From NCBI GenBank assembly GCA_963749915.1, contig CAVVOP010000021.1, positions 608,001-672,000 on the forward strand: a stretch of 64,000 bases of DNA, written 5' to 3'. Positions 1-10,564 of this stretch are shown here, piece by piece. The translations under genes and the position numbers were made by a program. The notes beneath the pieces are model-generated. The model was not told the origin of the DNA. It did not search any database and was given only the letters and a program-made list of their open reading frames with translations. Position 1 is the stretch's first letter, and every line of letters begins with the position of its first letter. Source of the stretch: an uncultured cyanobacterium. GTDB taxonomy: Bacteria > Cyanobacteriota > Cyanobacteriia > Cyanobacteriales > Cyanobacteriaceae.

Positions 1-247
1 CGGAAATTCCACGGGCTTACCATCGATAAATTTAGGAGATGATTGAATATTTTTTAATTGTTGTTTATAGTTGGCAGGAAGAGTCATTTGTACAACTCTA
101 TTTACATAACTTTGGTAATTTCCATCCATTTTTTTTCGTCCTTTTTTTATAATCGCATAATTAAATTATATCTATTTATGCTTTTAGTTTATATCACAAT
201 TATTATTGTAAATTTAGAGTCCTTTTCTGTTAATCAAAAGGATCAAT

Positions 248-748
248 TTAGTTATTAGTTAATTTCTTAATAATGTCAATATAATGGGGATATAATTTAC
301 TTAATTCTTCTCGATTACCTAACATAAAATCAGCAAAATTGAATCCTGGAGATACAGTACAACCAATTAAACTGTAGGAGTTAGGTTGACTAACATGGGA
401 AGCAAACCAATAACCATGGGGAATAACTAACTGCAAAATCTCATTATCGTCAGGATTTTGTCCCAGTTTATATTGATGATATTCTCCCTGACTATTTATT
501 GTATGAACAATTAAGGTTGAACCACTGTAAAAATGAAAAATTTCATCACTTTTTAGTTTATGAAAAGCAGAAAATTCTTCTCCTAATAAGAGATAATAAA
601 TAGCAGTACTAGCATTTCTTGAATCATTATATCTTGTCAACAATTTATCTTGATTGATAATGTCTTGACAACGATAAGTTTCTCGGTAATGCCCCCCTTC
701 AGGATGTTTTTGTAAATTTAATTTTTTAATCCAATATTCTCCATTCAT
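248..748 (-). CDS. Cupin domain protein (DUF985/Cupin_5 family)
   Basis: LQKHPEGGHYRET, STAIYYLL, SAFHKLKSDEIFHFY and GCTVSPGFNFADF motifs. Confidence 0.9.
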   Translation of the reverse strand: MNGEYWIKKLNLQKHPEGGHYRETYRCQDIINQDKLLTRYNDSRNASTAIYYLLLGEEFSAFHKLKSDEIFHFYSGSTLIVHTINSQGEYHQYKLGQNPDDNEILQLVIPHGYWFASHVSQPNSYSLIGCTVSPGFNFADFMLGNREELSKLYPHYIDIIKKLTNN

Positions 749-940
749 TTTTAATTATTACCAGCGATTTTCATTTAATATATCATTACTAGCCCTTTTC
801 ATCAAGAGAAGGTTAGGAGTCTTATTGGACAAGAATTTTAGATTTTTAGAACATTATTTAATTTGTTATCAATTATTTGAGACTACTATATAATTAGTAT
901 TACTAATTGTTCATCGTTCATTGTTAATTATTCATTGTTT

Positions 941-1915
941 ATGCCAATTTATTTATATTGGGGTGAAGATGATTTTGCCATGAGTCAGGCAATTAACATC
1001 TTGAAACAAGATAACCTTGATCCAAATTGGATTCAGTTCAATTTTGACAAATTTGCGGGCGACAAGGAAGATTTCATTGGGGAAGCCTTAATGCAGGTTA
1101 TGACTCCTCCTTTTGCTAGTGGCGATCGTATTGTTTGGTTATTTAATACAAATATCTGTCAAAGTTGCTCAGAGGAATTATTAATCCAATTACAACATGC
1201 TATTCCTCAGATACCAGAGTCAACTCATTTTGTATTAACTACCATGAAAAAACCCGATGCTAGAATAAAAAGTACTAAGTTAATTAATAAGTATGCGAAG
1301 GTGGTAGAACTTAGTTTAATATCCCCTTGGCAGACGGGAATTTTAGTCAAGAGGGTAGAAGAAGTTGCGGCAGAAAAGCAAGTAAAGTTAACAGATTCTG
1401 CCATCAAGATTTTAGCTAATTGTGTCGGTAATAATAGCCGTTTATTGTGGCAAGAGTTAGAAAAATTAGCTATTTATCAAGGAAAAAATAAACAACCTAT
1501 TGATCAGGAAACTGTTAAAAGTTTAGTCAATGTTAGCACTCAAAATAGTTTGCAATTAGCCCAGGCAATTCTCGAAGGTAATATCCCTTATTCCCTAGAA
1601 TTAGTCGACGATTTAATCACCTTAAACGAGCCAGCATTAAGGGTTGTCGCTACTTTGGTCGGACAATTTCGTACATGGGCGATGGTAAAAACTATGATAG
1701 AATCAGGGGAAAAAGATGACAAAAAAATTGCGAAATCTGCAGATATAAGTAACCCAAAAAGAATCTATTTTTTGAAAAAAGAAATTAAGGACCGATCGGG
1801 AAAACAACTATTATCTAGCCTACCTATTTTACTAGAATTAGAAGTCAGTTTAAAACTAGGTGCTGATCCTTTAAATGCCTTACAAACAAAAATTATAGAA
1901 TTATGTAATGTTTAA
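941..1915 (+). CDS. holA: DNA polymerase III subunit delta
   Basis: MPIYLYWGEDDF start, TPPF, ELEKL and ALRVVATLVGQFR motifs; ATG at 941 preferred over TTG at 935. Confidence 0.92.
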   Translation: MPIYLYWGEDDFAMSQAINILKQDNLDPNWIQFNFDKFAGDKEDFIGEALMQVMTPPFASGDRIVWLFNTNICQSCSEELLIQLQHAIPQIPESTHFVLTTMKKPDARIKSTKLINKYAKVVELSLISPWQTGILVKRVEEVAAEKQVKLTDSAIKILANCVGNNSRLLWQELEKLAIYQGKNKQPIDQETVKSLVNVSTQNSLQLAQAILEGNIPYSLELVDDLITLNEPALRVVATLVGQFRTWAMVKTMIESGEKDDKKIAKSADISNPKRIYFLKKEIKDRSGKQLLSSLPILLELEVSLKLGADPLNALQTKIIELCNV

Positions 1916-3017
1916 TTTAATTAATAGAATAAAACAAAAGTTATTTACAGTAACAATAATCTCCTTAATTACCTTTATTTTTATAGAATACTTGCAGGAA
2001 AATTTAAGCAATCAAAACATAATAGCCAAAAACAATTTTTCTCCCGAAATTCAAAAAATAGTCAATAAATATAGCCCTATACAACCAGTCAAAGGTGATG
2101 TGAGATTATTGGTAATAAGTGATCTAAATAGTGCCTATGGTTCCACAGAATATGAAGAAGAAGTCCATTTAGCCTTAAAAATGATCCCCTTTTGGCAACC
2201 TGATCTCGTATTATGTAGTGGTGATATGATTGCAGGGCAAAAATCGACATTAACACCGCAACAAATTCGTGCTATGTGGGAGGCTTTTGACCGTCAAATT
2301 GCACAACCCATCAGAAACTTAAATATTCCTTTTGGCTTTACCATCGGAAATCATGACGCATCTGGTGCCATTAGGAACAATAAATTTACCTTTCAACAGG
2401 AAAGAGACTTAGCCGTCGAATATTGGCAAAATCGGAGTCATAACACCGCCATAAAATTTGTAGATGGCACTTTTTTTCCGTTTTATTATACCTTTGAACA
2501 ACAAGGAATTTTCTTCTTAGTATGGGATGGTTCAACCAGTCGCATCCCTAGGGATAAATTAGCATGGGTAGAAAAAAGTCTGTCCTCGAAAATCGCTCAA
2601 GAGGCTAAAATAAGAGTTATCATCGGACATTTGCCATTATATGCCGTCGCCGAGGGTAGAAACAAAGCTGGAGAAGTGTTAGAAAATCCCGAAGCCTTGA
2701 AAAGGCTACTAGAAAAGTATAAAGTACATACTTATATTAGTGGACATCAACACGCTTACTATCCTGGTCACAAAGATAAATTACAATTATTACACACAGG
2801 GGCTTTAGGTTCAGGGCCAAGGATGTTACTAGATACCACCACGGTGCCAAGAAAAACTATCACGGTAATTGATGTTAATTTTAATGACAAAAATTTAACC
2901 ACTTATAGCACTTATAATATGGCAAATTTTAACCTCATCAACTATGAAGAATTACCGAGATTTATTAAAGGACATAATGGTATAATTTACCGCAGAGATA
3001 TAAACAATGAGAAATAA
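1908..3017 (+). CDS. Metallophosphoesterase (calcineurin-like) with N-terminal membrane anchor
   Basis: ISDLN, SGDMI, GNHD, GHLP and SGHQH metal-binding motifs. Confidence 0.88.
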   Translation: MFNLINRIKQKLFTVTIISLITFIFIEYLQENLSNQNIIAKNNFSPEIQKIVNKYSPIQPVKGDVRLLVISDLNSAYGSTEYEEEVHLALKMIPFWQPDLVLCSGDMIAGQKSTLTPQQIRAMWEAFDRQIAQPIRNLNIPFGFTIGNHDASGAIRNNKFTFQQERDLAVEYWQNRSHNTAIKFVDGTFFPFYYTFEQQGIFFLVWDGSTSRIPRDKLAWVEKSLSSKIAQEAKIRVIIGHLPLYAVAEGRNKAGEVLENPEALKRLLEKYKVHTYISGHQHAYYPGHKDKLQLLHTGALGSGPRMLLDTTTVPRKTITVIDVNFNDKNLTTYSTYNMANFNLINYEELPRFIKGHNGIIYRRDINNEK

Positions 3018-3094
3018 ATAATCAACAATGAAAAAGTGAGTTGCTAAAATCGAGATAGTATTAAAAACAATTCCTGACAAGGTAATAAAATTAC

Positions 3095-3132
3095 GGCAAA
3101 AGTTTTCGTCCGTTGAGCTTCATAGTTGTGCA
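3095..3132 (+). mobile_element. Right half of an integron attC site (left arm lost)
   Basis: GCAAAAGTTTTCGTCC-GTTGAGC-TTCATA-GTTGTGC reads as L', 6-nt spacer, R'; GTTGTGCAG is complementary (8/9) to CTGCCCAAC of the next attC. Confidence 0.55.
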
Positions 3133-3342
3133 GTTGGCGAATCTACGGGAGAGGTTTCTTTTTTTATAAATCTAAGACGTTCAGGATTTAGCTCACTAAG
3201 AAGTCCTAAAAACGTCAGCAAGGGCGAAATATCTGAGATAACGGTGCCATACCTAAAGAGCGACGTGTCGAAATTAGAGATCGAGCACGCTGCCTCCTCA
3301 AAATTTCTATCACATGAGGTCAACTAATCATATCAACGTGCT

Positions 3343-3430
3343 GCCCAACATTTGGGTGCACCGGACTGCTGGATAAAGGATTTGCTTAGTATGATAGATT
3401 AACTGCAGCCGTTGATGCCCACCGTTAGTG
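3343..3430 (+). mobile_element. Integron attC recombination site (88 bp)
   Basis: R'' GCCCAAC, 5-nt spacer, 8-nt L'' GGTGCACC, GG-A-CTGC...GCAG-CC stem with unpaired A, 7-nt L' GTTGATG, 6-nt spacer, R' GTTAGTG. Confidence 0.75.
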
Positions 3431-3488
3431 AGCAAGAGTGAAGATCTCTGGTCATCGCCAATAAAATAGGATTTAAGCTTAAGCTATT

Positions 3489-4139
3489 TTACTCAAAATC
3501 AACCCAGTTTTCTACTTCTTCCCACCCCAAACCTTGACGCACGACAGAAGGTTTATCTGTAGAAAAATCAAGTATAGTAGAAACATCAAAACCCGGGTCC
3601 GTGTAATCATCAATGATAATATCGACTTGTTTGTCCAACTCATCAAACAATTTGAATTTTTCCCAATTTTCAGAAAGAAACTCCCCATCTTCATCAGGAA
3701 TATGAGCAGAAGTAGAAATAATCGGATTATCAAGAGATTGTAACAATGCCTGACACACATTTTGATTTGGTACTCTAATCCCTGTGGTTTTACGTTTAGG
3801 GGACATTACCAATTTCGGCACTAATTTTGTTGTGGGTAACAAGAAAGTATAAGGTCCCGGAATTAACCGTTTCATGATGCGATAGGCCTCATCACTGACG
3901 ACGGCATATTCGGAGATATGAGATAAAGAAGAACAAAGAAAAGTCAATGGTTTATCATTGGATAAACGTTTTAAGGCTCTAACTCTCTCCACCGCGGATT
4001 TTACATTCATATCACAACCGATGGCGTAAACCGTATCCGTAGGATAAAGCATAATAGCACCTTTTTTCAGGGCTTGGGTAATTTGTTCAATATCGCGGAG
4101 TTGGGGATTATCAGGATTTAATTCGTATAATGTGGCCAT
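3489..4139 (-). CDS. Sua5/YciO/YrdC family protein (L-threonylcarbamoyladenylate synthase family)
   Basis: YPTDTVYAIGC, KPLTFLC, PGPYTFLL, GIRVP and STSA motifs. Confidence 0.9.
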   Translation of the reverse strand: MATLYELNPDNPQLRDIEQITQALKKGAIMLYPTDTVYAIGCDMNVKSAVERVRALKRLSNDKPLTFLCSSLSHISEYAVVSDEAYRIMKRLIPGPYTFLLPTTKLVPKLVMSPKRKTTGIRVPNQNVCQALLQSLDNPIISTSAHIPDEDGEFLSENWEKFKLFDELDKQVDIIIDDYTDPGFDVSTILDFSTDKPSVVRQGLGWEEVENWVDFE

Positions 4140-4191
4140 GATGAATGATGAATAATTAATAATGGATAATGAATAATTGATTTTATTGTAA

Positions 4192-5385
4192 ATGGAAAAA
4201 ATAGCTTACTTACAATGTCCCACAGGTATAGCCGGTGATATGTTTTTAGGTGCATTGGTTTCAGTTGGTGTGCCTTTAGAATATATCGAAAATGGTTTAA
4301 AAGGGTTAAATTTGGCCTCGGAATATCAGTTAAAACAAGAAACAGTATTGAGACAAGGACAAAGTGCAACAAAATTTCAGGTAAATCTAATTCACCACCA
4401 TCATCACCACCACCGTCACTTACCTGATATTGAAACTCTGATTAATAATGCTAATTTGCCCCCCATAGTTAGAGATAACAGTTTAGCTATTTTTGGACGA
4501 TTAGCCCAAGCAGAAGGAAAAGTACATGGTATTTCAGCTGACAAAGTCCATTTCCATGAAGTTGGTGCTACCGATGCTATTGTGGATATTGTTGGCACTT
4601 GTTTGGGGTTAGATTATTTAAACATTCAAAAGTTATACTGTTCTCCCTTACCCACTGGAGGAGGTACAGTAAAAGCCGCCCACGGTAGATTAGCCGTTCC
4701 CGTTCCCGCTGTGTTAGAATTATGGCAAACTAGGCAAATACCCCTATATAGTAACGGTATTGACAAAGAATTAGTAACCCCTACGGGTGCAGCCATTGTC
4801 ACCACTCTAGCGGCGGATTTTGGGCAGCCTCCAGAGATGACATTAATAAAAATGGGGTTAGGTGCAGGTAGTCATGATTTAGCCATACCCAATATTTTGC
4901 GTTTATGGTTAGGGGAGACAGAAACATTACCATCTCTTGAACAAATAGCAGTATTAGAAACCCAAATAGATGACGCTAATCCGCAAATTTTCGGTTATCT
5001 TTTCGAGGAATTATTAAAAATTGGTGCAAGGGACGTTTTTACCCAACCTGTTGCCATGAAAAAAAATCGACCAGGAGTATTATTAACCGTGATTTGTGAT
5101 TTAGATAAAATTGATGCCTGTGAAACTCTTATTTTTCGGGAAACCACTACCATCGGCATTCGCCGCCAAATTCAACATCGCTCAGTTTTAGATAGAGAAA
5201 TCGAGATAATTAATACTAAATACGGCGATATTAGAGTAAAAATTGCCAAAAAAGCCGGAGAAATTCTCAATATTCAACCCGAATATGAAGATTGTACTGC
5301 CCTTGCACGTAAATATAATATTCCCTTCAATTTAATTTCTTTAGAAGCACAAAATAGGTATCAACAAGGAAGGAGTAACAGCTAA
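4192..5385 (+). CDS. larC: Nickel pincer cofactor biosynthesis protein LarC
   Basis: GIAGDMFLGAL, poly-His tract, VHFHEVGATDAIVD, ELVTPTGAA, ETQIDD and PEYED motifs. Confidence 0.92.
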   Translation: MEKIAYLQCPTGIAGDMFLGALVSVGVPLEYIENGLKGLNLASEYQLKQETVLRQGQSATKFQVNLIHHHHHHHRHLPDIETLINNANLPPIVRDNSLAIFGRLAQAEGKVHGISADKVHFHEVGATDAIVDIVGTCLGLDYLNIQKLYCSPLPTGGGTVKAAHGRLAVPVPAVLELWQTRQIPLYSNGIDKELVTPTGAAIVTTLAADFGQPPEMTLIKMGLGAGSHDLAIPNILRLWLGETETLPSLEQIAVLETQIDDANPQIFGYLFEELLKIGARDVFTQPVAMKKNRPGVLLTVICDLDKIDACETLIFRETTTIGIRRQIQHRSVLDREIEIINTKYGDIRVKIAKKAGEILNIQPEYEDCTALARKYNIPFNLISLEAQNRYQQGRSNS

Positions 5386-5509
5386 GGAGAGGGGGAAACA
5401 AGGAGATTCGAATAAATAAAGTATAATAGTATCAGGTTCGGTAGAGGAGTTGTTATGGCGTTTAAGGTTATCCGTTTATTATTTGTCTTCATAGTCAAAT
5501 TGATTCAAT

Positions 5510-7939
5510 ATGAAAACGTTACAGTTAATCCGCAGAACATTTAAAGAGTGGCAGAATAAAGACACTCGAAACTCCACCCCTACTCTTACTTCTAGGCCTT
5601 CTAATTCTCATGACGATGTCGACAAAGATAAACCTATTGTTTTTCAGTGGGTGTGTAAAATTCATTCCCCGATTATGGTGTTATTATCCATTACGACTTT
5701 TACGGGGTTAATTAGTTATCGTTTTTACAATCAGCCAAAATTAGCCGTTGACACAATTTCCCCCACAAAAATTATTGCGCCCCTTGACGGTGATTTTGTC
5801 GATATTTATTCTACTGAAGAATTGCGCAGAAAAATTCGCAGTGGTTTATTACCCGTGTTGAAACAAGATATAAATTCAACATTAAAAGTTCAAACTAGAA
5901 TTGATAACAAACTCGAAAACATAGACAATCTTCGCAGTTTAGTTAACAATATAACTCTAGTAAATACCAATATTTTGTCTTCATCTGCACAAAAATATAT
6001 ACACTCTCTACCGCAGTCTGAGTGGGAAAAAATTCTTTTACAAATTAAGGCTTCTTCTTTATTCTCTGTCAACGAATCTTTATCTTCAGCAGAAAATGAC
6101 ATTGTCAAGGCATTATTAACTTATGAAAAATCGGTTAATGCCAGGGATTTTGAGAATTTACTAAATCGATTACAAAAAAATAGAGGAATTTATCAAAGTT
6201 TTTTGACTCAAATTGATCAGTTAAAAATTGGTCGTCTGGATGATGAGGAAAAAAATCGTTTATGGAACCTCGATGAAAAAACATGGCAAGAAACGAAAGC
6301 AGAAATTCGCCAAACCGTCAGAAAAATTTTAGCACTAGGAATTTCGACTGGATTGCCTGAAGATATTAAACTTAAAGCCACGGAAATTTACCTTGAAAAT
6401 AGCGTATCTCCAAAAGTAAAAAAAATAGCCGTAAAATTAATCGCTAATAATTTAGAATCTAATTTAATCATTGATGAGCAAGAAACTAAAGTTAGGGCAG
6501 AAAGAGCGGCCGAAGCAATACAACCAGTAATTGTTTCCATTAAGAAAGGAGAAGTTATCGTTAATGCAGGAGAAAAAATTACTCAAGGGGATTTTGTTTT
6601 ATTAGATAATTTCGGATTAAGTCGTAGAAGCATAAGCTGGACAGGCGTTGCGGGTTCAGCGGCTTTAATTTCCGTCTCTTTAATCAGTTTTATGGCGATC
6701 GCCCATCGGGTAAAAGGCAGATTACGCAGACGAGACCATTTACTTTTGTGCTTCTTAAGTCTATCTGTTCCTATTATAAATATATTTGATGTGGGCTATA
6801 ACTCGTTACCAGCTCTCGGATTTTTGGTGAGTAGTTTTTATGGACCAACGGTAGCCGTAAGTAATCTTGTAATAATGACGGGGTTAACCCTTTTTCAAAC
6901 GGAGATGATTGGTTGGGAATATCTGATACCGTCTTTTGCCGGGGGTTTATTAGCTTCTTTCATGGCTAGTCGTCTTCATTCAAGGGAAGAATTGGCTTTA
7001 TTGGGTGTGGGAGTGGGTTTAACTCAGGGAAGCGTTTATTTTGTCATTCATTTAATCGGTAGTGCCACCTTAGGTATAACGTGGTATGCCATCTTACCCG
7101 GTGCAATATGGCATGGTACGGCAGGATTTACTTACATTGTCTTAGCCTTGGGAATTTCACCCTATTTAGAAAGATTTTTTGATTTAATTACCCCTATACG
7201 TCTAGCGGAATTATCGAATCCCAATCGCCCACTATTAAAGAGACTAGCCACAGAAGCACCCGGGACGTTTCAGCATACCATGTTTGTCGCCACTTTAGCC
7301 GAAGCCGCCGCCCGTCAACTCCATTGTAATGTCGAGTTAGTCAGAGCCGGTACACTCTATCATGATATAGGAAAAATGCACGATCCCCTCGGTTTTATCG
7401 AAAATCAGATGGGAGGACCCAATAAACATGATAGGCTTAACGATCCTTACAAAAGTGCGGAAATTATCAAAAAACACGTCAGTGAAGGCATTGTTATGGC
7501 GAAAAAATGCGGTTTACCCCAAGCCATTCAAAACTTTATCCCCCAACATCAAGGTACTTTATTAATCTCATATTTTTATTACCAAGCTAAAACCCAAGCC
7601 GAGGGTGAAGGTAAAAATATTCATAACATCGATGAGACTATTTTCCGTTATGATGGTCCTATTCCCCAATCCAGAGAAACTGGTATCGTCATGTTAGCAG
7701 ATGGTTGTGAAGCGGCTTTGCGATCCCTTAAAGGTGCAACCCCAGACCAAGCAATGGCAATGGTTAACAAGATTTTTAAAGCCCGCTGGCGAGATCATCA
7801 ACTCGATGATAGTGGTATTAAATATGAGGAGTTGCCCATTATTGCGGAAGTATTTGTCAACGTCTGGCAACAATTCAACCATCAAAGAATAGCTTATCCT
7901 AAAGGTGCTTTAGAAATGAGAAGCAATAGTAGCAATTAA
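5510..7939 (+). CDS. 7TM-HD (HDIG) membrane phosphohydrolase, PgpH-like
   Basis: Large extracellular domain, about 7 TM segments, EAPGTFQH, LYHDIGK, HQGT and MLAD motifs. Confidence 0.88.
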   Translation: MKTLQLIRRTFKEWQNKDTRNSTPTLTSRPSNSHDDVDKDKPIVFQWVCKIHSPIMVLLSITTFTGLISYRFYNQPKLAVDTISPTKIIAPLDGDFVDIYSTEELRRKIRSGLLPVLKQDINSTLKVQTRIDNKLENIDNLRSLVNNITLVNTNILSSSAQKYIHSLPQSEWEKILLQIKASSLFSVNESLSSAENDIVKALLTYEKSVNARDFENLLNRLQKNRGIYQSFLTQIDQLKIGRLDDEEKNRLWNLDEKTWQETKAEIRQTVRKILALGISTGLPEDIKLKATEIYLENSVSPKVKKIAVKLIANNLESNLIIDEQETKVRAERAAEAIQPVIVSIKKGEVIVNAGEKITQGDFVLLDNFGLSRRSISWTGVAGSAALISVSLISFMAIAHRVKGRLRRRDHLLLCFLSLSVPIINIFDVGYNSLPALGFLVSSFYGPTVAVSNLVIMTGLTLFQTEMIGWEYLIPSFAGGLLASFMASRLHSREELALLGVGVGLTQGSVYFVIHLIGSATLGITWYAILPGAIWHGTAGFTYIVLALGISPYLERFFDLITPIRLAELSNPNRPLLKRLATEAPGTFQHTMFVATLAEAAARQLHCNVELVRAGTLYHDIGKMHDPLGFIENQMGGPNKHDRLNDPYKSAEIIKKHVSEGIVMAKKCGLPQAIQNFIPQHQGTLLISYFYYQAKTQAEGEGKNIHNIDETIFRYDGPIPQSRETGIVMLADGCEAALRSLKGATPDQAMAMVNKIFKARWRDHQLDDSGIKYEELPIIAEVFVNVWQQFNHQRIAYPKGALEMRSNSSN

Positions 7940-8057
7940 TAATATTCTACACTCTAAATTCTCCTCAATTGGTATTTTCGAGCTTAATGGAGCAGTATTG
8001 AAAGCTTCCTACGGAAGTGTGATTCATAAAAATCCGGATTTAAAATCATAACAGCTT

Positions 8058-8633
8058 ATGAAGTCTATTTTAATGGTTCATGGCATTACTGATACAGGAA
8101 AAGTGTTTGAAGCCATAGCATCTAATCTTGAACAAAAAGGTTATAAAACCTATACAATTGATTTAATCCCCAATATTGGCACGGGAGATTTAAGAGATTT
8201 AGCACAACAAGTTAAGCAATATATTGATACTCAATTCTTCCCGGAAGAAAAAATAATTTTACTGGGCTTTAGTATGGGAGGATTAGTGACTCGTTACTAT
8301 TTACAACGACTAAATGGTATCAAAAAAGTTGAGCAATATATCAGCATTTCTGCTCCTAATAATGGTACTAACTTAAGTTATACTTTGCCCTTAAAAGGGA
8401 TTTTACAAATGCGCCCTAATAGTAAATTTCTACAAGACTTAAATGAGGATATAAAAGAGACATTAGGCAAGATAAAATGTTTAATTATGTGGACTCCTTT
8501 TGATACTATGATTATTCCTGCTAATAGTTCTCTTTTAGGTATAGGGAAAGAAGTTAGTTTCCCTGTATTAATTCATAAATGGATGTTAACTGATAAAAGA
8601 GTTTTAGAAGAAATAAAAAATTTTTTACAATAG
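8058..8633 (+). CDS. Lipase/esterase (alpha/beta hydrolase)
   Basis: VHG oxyanion motif and GFSMG nucleophile elbow. Confidence 0.88.
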   Translation: MKSILMVHGITDTGKVFEAIASNLEQKGYKTYTIDLIPNIGTGDLRDLAQQVKQYIDTQFFPEEKIILLGFSMGGLVTRYYLQRLNGIKKVEQYISISAPNNGTNLSYTLPLKGILQMRPNSKFLQDLNEDIKETLGKIKCLIMWTPFDTMIIPANSSLLGIGKEVSFPVLIHKWMLTDKRVLEEIKNFLQ

Positions 8634-8783
8634 ACTTAAACTATTGATTTCTTTTGAGTTAAGCCCATTATTCTCATTTATCCAGTTTTTATGCAGACCC
8701 TACTTAGTTTCCTTGAATATTATCAATCAAGCCAACAGCCTATTTTAGCCAGAGAGAGGTATTAGGCAAGGGAGTAAAAAAGA

Positions 8784-9362
8784 TCAAGGTTTAGCTTTTT
8801 CGACCCAGCGATTATTAATTCCAAGGGTTAGTTTCAACGACTGACCCTTGCTGTAGGCTTTAACCGCCTGTCGATAGACCGAGTAGTTGGTGGGAAGCGT
8901 GACTTTCTGCCCATCCTGTTCATAACTGAGATGATATTTGACCGTTCTCAACAATTCTGGACGAGTGTGTCTCTGAGACGGTTTCTGCCTCTGTTCAATT
9001 TGAGCTAGGGTCGGTCGCGGCGGCAACGGGGGCCACCATAAACCTTTGTCATCGGCTTCACCGTCAGCACTTTCAGGTTTTATTCCGTTAACGTTAAGTA
9101 GAGAACTAGAGGCAAACTCTTCGGTACGGGGTAATTTCTCATTGGGACTGATAAAATATTCAACGCGCCAAGTGTAAGTGGTTAGGGCCGTGGCTTGATA
9201 CTGTTGGATAACCAGTCGGCTACAGCTATTGAGAACGATCGCCAGCACTAAACCTATCAACATTACTCCCACCTGACGACCCCACTGCTGATAGTAAATA
9301 TTTTGGCGACGGTAACAGAATTTAGTCATATAGCCCATATTCCACACTTTCGTTTGCAACAT
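8784..9362 (-). CDS. Hypothetical putative lipoprotein
   Basis: Hydrophobic segment ending LNSC (lipobox-like); true start may be downstream. Confidence 0.65.
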   Translation of the reverse strand: MLQTKVWNMGYMTKFCYRRQNIYYQQWGRQVGVMLIGLVLAIVLNSCSRLVIQQYQATALTTYTWRVEYFISPNEKLPRTEEFASSSLLNVNGIKPESADGEADDKGLWWPPLPPRPTLAQIEQRQKPSQRHTRPELLRTVKYHLSYEQDGQKVTLPTNYSVYRQAVKAYSKGQSLKLTLGINNRWVEKAKP

Positions 9363-9371
9363 CTGAATTTA

Positions 9372-9596
9372 CTATTCGGTCTTGGGGTTGTTAATAGTTT
9401 CTTGTCTTGTGAACAAATAGGGAATCAGGATTAGGAAATGGAACCACCAAAGACTGATCAACGTGAAAAACAAAGCTGTTAGCCAGATTCGCTGAAATAA
9501 CAGCCAGGTTCCTCCAATAATTCCGATTCCTGTCAGCAGAATTGACCAAGGTTGACACCACCAAGGCTTATGCTTCCAGATTGATGACGATGACAT
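9372..9596 (-). CDS. Small cyanobacterial membrane protein (DUF6737-like)
   Basis: WKHKPWWCQPWSILLTG motif and two hydrophobic segments. Confidence 0.8.
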   Translation of the reverse strand: MSSSSIWKHKPWWCQPWSILLTGIGIIGGTWLLFQRIWLTALFFTLISLWWFHFLILIPYLFTRQETINNPKTE

Positions 9597-9636
9597 AGTT
9601 ACCTCTATCTAGATAGATCTTTAAATCCTTAAATTA

Positions 9637-10536
9637 TTAAAACTGTCGATAAAAATTTACAACTTCTGTCAAAAATTCCTCCGTTGATTCGTAGGGTAAA
9701 ACATTACGTCCTTTAATTTTTTTAGCTTCAACATTAGCAATATTTTTTTTGTATAATTCTATTCTTTGATCTGGAGTTTCTTTAAAACCTTCTTTACTAA
9801 TGCTAGTAGCAGCTTCTCCTATTAAAAGTAAAATTTTTTGTTCTAATTTTTTCATTAATTTCGAATAATCTTTTCGCCAAAAACCAGCTAAAAATGAGAA
9901 TACAGCATAACGATTTTGAGGATCAATCGCCCCTTTTTCTAACAGATCTAACCATTCATTGTCAACGTCTTTAGCCTCTGCAAATAATTGTTTAATAGAG
10001 AAAGATTTAATAAAATCACGGCGGCGGGCATAATTATAAAATAAAGAACCAATAAAAGAGTCAAAAAATAAATTCCAAATAATTTCACTAATTCTGAGAT
10101 TTCCGCCAATAGTCATAATATTCCATGCGGGAGGACCAGATAAAATTAAACCTTTAATTAAATCTGATTTAGCATCTCCTGCTGACATATAAATACTAAT
10201 GGGAAAAGACGCACCCTGAACAACTAAAATAACCGGCTTCTTGACCACATTATTAATAAAATAATTGAGTTGATTTCCCCAATCTTTAGGATCATAAGCA
10301 ATACGAGGTAAGTCGCTTTGACCACAACCTAATAAATCGGGATTATAAATAGGTAAATTACTGTTAAAATTAGCTTCGGCAGATAGAAAACGATGCCAAA
10401 AAATACCTGATAAACCGACACCAATAGGATGAATTAACACTAATGCTAAATCGTGCTCTTTGTCCGTGTTATAGCTAGTATAAGCACATTTGTATTTATT
10501 CCAAGAATAATATTGAGTTGATGATAAAAATGTCAT
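9637..10536 (-). CDS. Alpha/beta fold hydrolase
   Basis: LIHPIGVG, PDLLGCGQSD and GRNVLPYE motifs; ATG at 10536 avoids overlap with the divergent gene. Confidence 0.85.
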   Translation of the reverse strand: MTFLSSTQYYSWNKYKCAYTSYNTDKEHDLALVLIHPIGVGLSGIFWHRFLSAEANFNSNLPIYNPDLLGCGQSDLPRIAYDPKDWGNQLNYFINNVVKKPVILVVQGASFPISIYMSAGDAKSDLIKGLILSGPPAWNIMTIGGNLRISEIIWNLFFDSFIGSLFYNYARRRDFIKSFSIKQLFAEAKDVDNEWLDLLEKGAIDPQNRYAVFSFLAGFWRKDYSKLMKKLEQKILLLIGEAATSISKEGFKETPDQRIELYKKNIANVEAKKIKGRNVLPYESTEEFLTEVVNFYRQF

Positions 10537-10564
10537 GGTTTGATTTAATAAAATATAAGCTAAA

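Noticed and set aside
58..258. 66-aa plus-strand ORF
   Set aside because: Low-complexity AT-rich frame, probably the antisense shadow of a minus-strand gene running off the window
3120..3323. 67-aa minus-strand ORF inside the cassette
   Set aside because: No recognisable motif or RBS; opposite to the normal cassette orientation
3100..3470. tmRNA, RNase P RNA, group I/II intron or glutamine riboswitch
   Set aside because: No tRNA-like ends, tag peptide, rnpB core or intron motifs; the CGTTGAGCTTC similarity lacks its pairing partner; attC architecture explains the region better
4393..4419. Poly-His tract
   Set aside because: Normal nickel-binding feature of LarC, not an engineered tag
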